A stretch of 63,853 bases of DNA, filler included, from Reclinomonas americana ATCC 50394 (lineage: Eukaryota): the NCBI GenBank assembly GCA_048213135.1. It is 6 parts of 2 records of this genome, joined end to end, with 100 filler letters (N's around TTAATTAATTAA, not from the genome) between each part and the next. Parts side by side here need not be neighbours in the genome. Positions count along the whole stretch, not along the records: positions 59,375 to 63,853 come from PS015340.1; 5 more parts are not named here. One strand, 5' to 3'. The notes beneath the pieces were generated by a model that was not told where the DNA came from, ran no database searches, and saw only the letters and a program-made list of their open reading frames with translations. Of the stretch, positions 61,965-63,853 are shown one piece after another. The first letter of the stretch is position 1, and every line of letters begins with the position of its first letter. Position numbers and translations under genes: made by a program.

Positions 61965-63752
61965 TCACTCTGCCGCCGACTTGGCCTTATTGCTGCTGCT
62001 CTTCTTCGTCCGTCTCTTCGGCTTCTCCACCTCCTTCTTCTCAGCCGCCACGACCGCCTGCTTTGGCTCCACATCAATCTCCTCAATCTCCTCCTCCTCC
62101 ATCATCTCCAGCCGATCAATGGCCGACTCCAGCTCGGTGAGCACCACGCGGCCATCACCGTCCGGGTCCAGCCGGCTGACAATGTACGCCACCACCTTGT
62201 CGTCGCTCGGGCGGTCACGCAGCAGCGACAGCACCATTTGCAGCTCCTGCACAGTCACAATGCCGTCGCGGTCCTTGTCGAGCAGGTTGAGGCCGGTGCC
62301 GATCTGCCGGTCAACGGCGCGAATCTCCTCGTCGAGCTTCACAATCATGCGCGACAGCTTCTGATCCAGCGCGCCCAGCTTGCGCAGCTCCGGATCCACC
62401 GTCTCCGCGGCGTCCGGGTACAGACGAGTGGCCAGCAGCGAGGCCAGCAGGTCGGCACGATCGCGCTTCAGTTCCTCCAACTCGGTCGACTCGCGCAGCG
62501 TGGCGCTGGCGGCGGCCAGCACCGACACAGCCTCGCTGATCTCGCGAATCTTTGTCAGTGTCACCTCCTCGTCGGCATCGTCTTCTGGCATCACTGTCGA
62601 CGCCGTCGTCGCTACCGCATCGCCCGTGACGGTGGCGGTGGTTGACGGAGCAGTCTCCGCCGCCGCCATCGTCGACGCCGCCGACGATGACAACACCACT
62701 GGTGACTCCACGGCCGACGGCACAGGCGGAAGGCTGGCCGCCTGCGCTGCCTGCTCGGCCTGCCGCTCGGCGGTCTCGGCGGCCTCCTTGGCCGCAGCCA
62801 CGGCCTCCTGCTCGGTCAGCACATGGTGGTGCTCGGCAGCGGCCTTCTTGCGCTTCTGCTCATCCTCCTCCGCAATCAGTTCCTCCTGCCGCTGAATGGC
62901 CTCCAGACGCGACTCGCGACGCTTGGCCTCGTTGTCGGCACTGAGCACCGAGTCGACGACCTCGTCGGGGAGCGAGCCAATGGTCTCTTGCAGGGCGCGG
63001 AAGGTGCTGCAAGAAGGAAGAAGGTGAGGGAGAATCAAAAGAAAGGAGGAGGAGCTAACGGAGTAGGAGTACCTCGAGGTAAAGGCAAACGCCCGCGACA
63101 TGATGAGCAACGTGGACGGCACGCTCTTCTGGTTCGACAACTCGAGCCACTCCTGCAGCTCACGCTGCAACTTGGCGCGCGCCACACCCTTGGTGTTGAT
63201 GCCGCGGTCCAGACACGCCTGCGTCAGCTCCTCCACCGAGAGCGACGCCACACCCTCCCACCAAATCAGCTTGTCGTCCGAGTTGATCTGGCGCAGGCGG
63301 CTGCGCAGACGGAAACGCAGCAGAGCGTCGGCACCGTAGGCATTCAGACCGAGGAAGCGCGCCATGGCCACCAGCTGCGGACGCGACAGGTTGTCGAGAG
63401 TGATTTCGTCGGAGAAGAGCGGCGAGAAGCGCAGCAGGTCCTCGTTGGAGACGGTCTTGCCCTCACGCACAGCCTCAATGAAGGACTGGAGAGCGGCGGC
63501 CTCGGCGGCACGCGGACCCTTGATCTGCGTCGCCATCTCCTCCACCGTGTCCTGCAGGAACTTGGCCAGCTCCAGCTTGGCCTTCAGGGCGCGCTTCAAA
63601 TCCTCCTCCTTTTTCAGCTTGTCCTCGAAGGTCGACGGCAGCATGTTGGGGAAGAGTTTCAAGCAGATTGGTAGCAGCAGCTCCATGAAGGGCACAATGA
63701 CGAAGACGGCCATGGGGACCATGCGGAAGAGGTCCGCGCTGGTGCCCAGGAG
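61965..63752 (-). CDS. LETM1: LETM1/Mdm38 mitochondrial inner-membrane protein with EF-hands (5' part outside window)
   Basis: DLFRMVPMAVFVIVPFMELLLPICLKLFPNMLPSTF, FSDEITLDNLSRPQL, ACLDRG, WLELSNQKSVPSTLLIMSRA, EF-hands DKDRDGIVTVQEL and DPDGDGRVVLTEL; intron 63007-63072. Confidence 0.95.
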   Translation of the reverse strand, partial: LLGTSADLFRMVPMAVFVIVPFMELLLPICLKLFPNMLPSTFEDKLKKEEDLKRALKAKLELAKFLQDTVEEMATQIKGPRAAEAAALQSFIEAVREGKTVSNEDLLRFSPLFSDEITLDNLSRPQLVAMARFLGLNAYGADALLRFRLRSRLRQINSDDKLIWWEGVASLSVEELTQACLDRGINTKGVARAKLQRELQEWLELSNQKSVPSTLLIMSRAFAFTSRYSYSVSSSSFLLILPHLLPSCSTFRALQETIGSLPDEVVDSVLSADNEAKRRESRLEAIQRQEELIAEEDEQKRKKAAAEHHHVLTEQEAVAAAKEAAETAERQAEQAAQAASLPPVPSAVESPVVLSSSAASTMAAAETAPSTTATVTGDAVATTASTVMPEDDADEEVTLTKIREISEAVSVLAAASATLRESTELEELKRDRADLLASLLATRLYPDAAETVDPELRKLGALDQKLSRMIVKLDEEIRAVDRQIGTGLNLLDKDRDGIVTVQELQMVLSLLRDRPSDDKVVAYIVSRLDPDGDGRVVLTELESAIDRLEMMEEEEIEEIDVEPKQAVVAAEKKEVEKPKRRTKKSSSNKAKSAAE

Positions 63753-63853
63753 CTGCGAGGGGGAATAGGGGGGAAGGGTGTGAGGGGAAGAGGGGGAAGG
63801 GGAATAGAGGAGGGGGAAGGGGGAAGGGGGAAGGGGGAAGGGGGAAGGGGGAA

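Overview
Draft-quality eukaryotic (probably protist) genomic scaffold. It is GC-rich and intron-rich, has CT/GA low-complexity introns and many N-gaps, and five artificial TTAATTAATTAA joins. The organism cannot be named from sequence alone. Housekeeping-type genes recovered by manual splicing: Xaa-Pro aminopeptidase, BCS1-like AAA ATPase, TOM1/GPR137-like 7TM protein, LETM1, ankyrin protein, an atypical Ras-like GTPase and a secreted Pro-rich protein. Three candidate systems stand out. (1) Two tandem arrays (at least 10 copies) of intronless 7-blade WD40 genes show hypervariable surface positions, mosaic exchange between copies, pseudogenisation and a conserved, unnamed C-terminal two-helix module. 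That module is also present on a divergent intron-rich WD40 gene. (2) One spliced gene fuses a degenerate 2OG-Fe(II) oxygenase, F-box, LRR, ubiquitin-like and catalytically dead E2 (UEV) domains. (3) A DZIP3-type HEPN domain is joined to four TM helices, and a TRAF-zinc-finger/coiled-coil/TLDc protein is also present. Together these suggest a diversifying ubiquitin-linked recognition (possibly immune) repertoire. This is inference; domain calls are by motif recognition, not database search.
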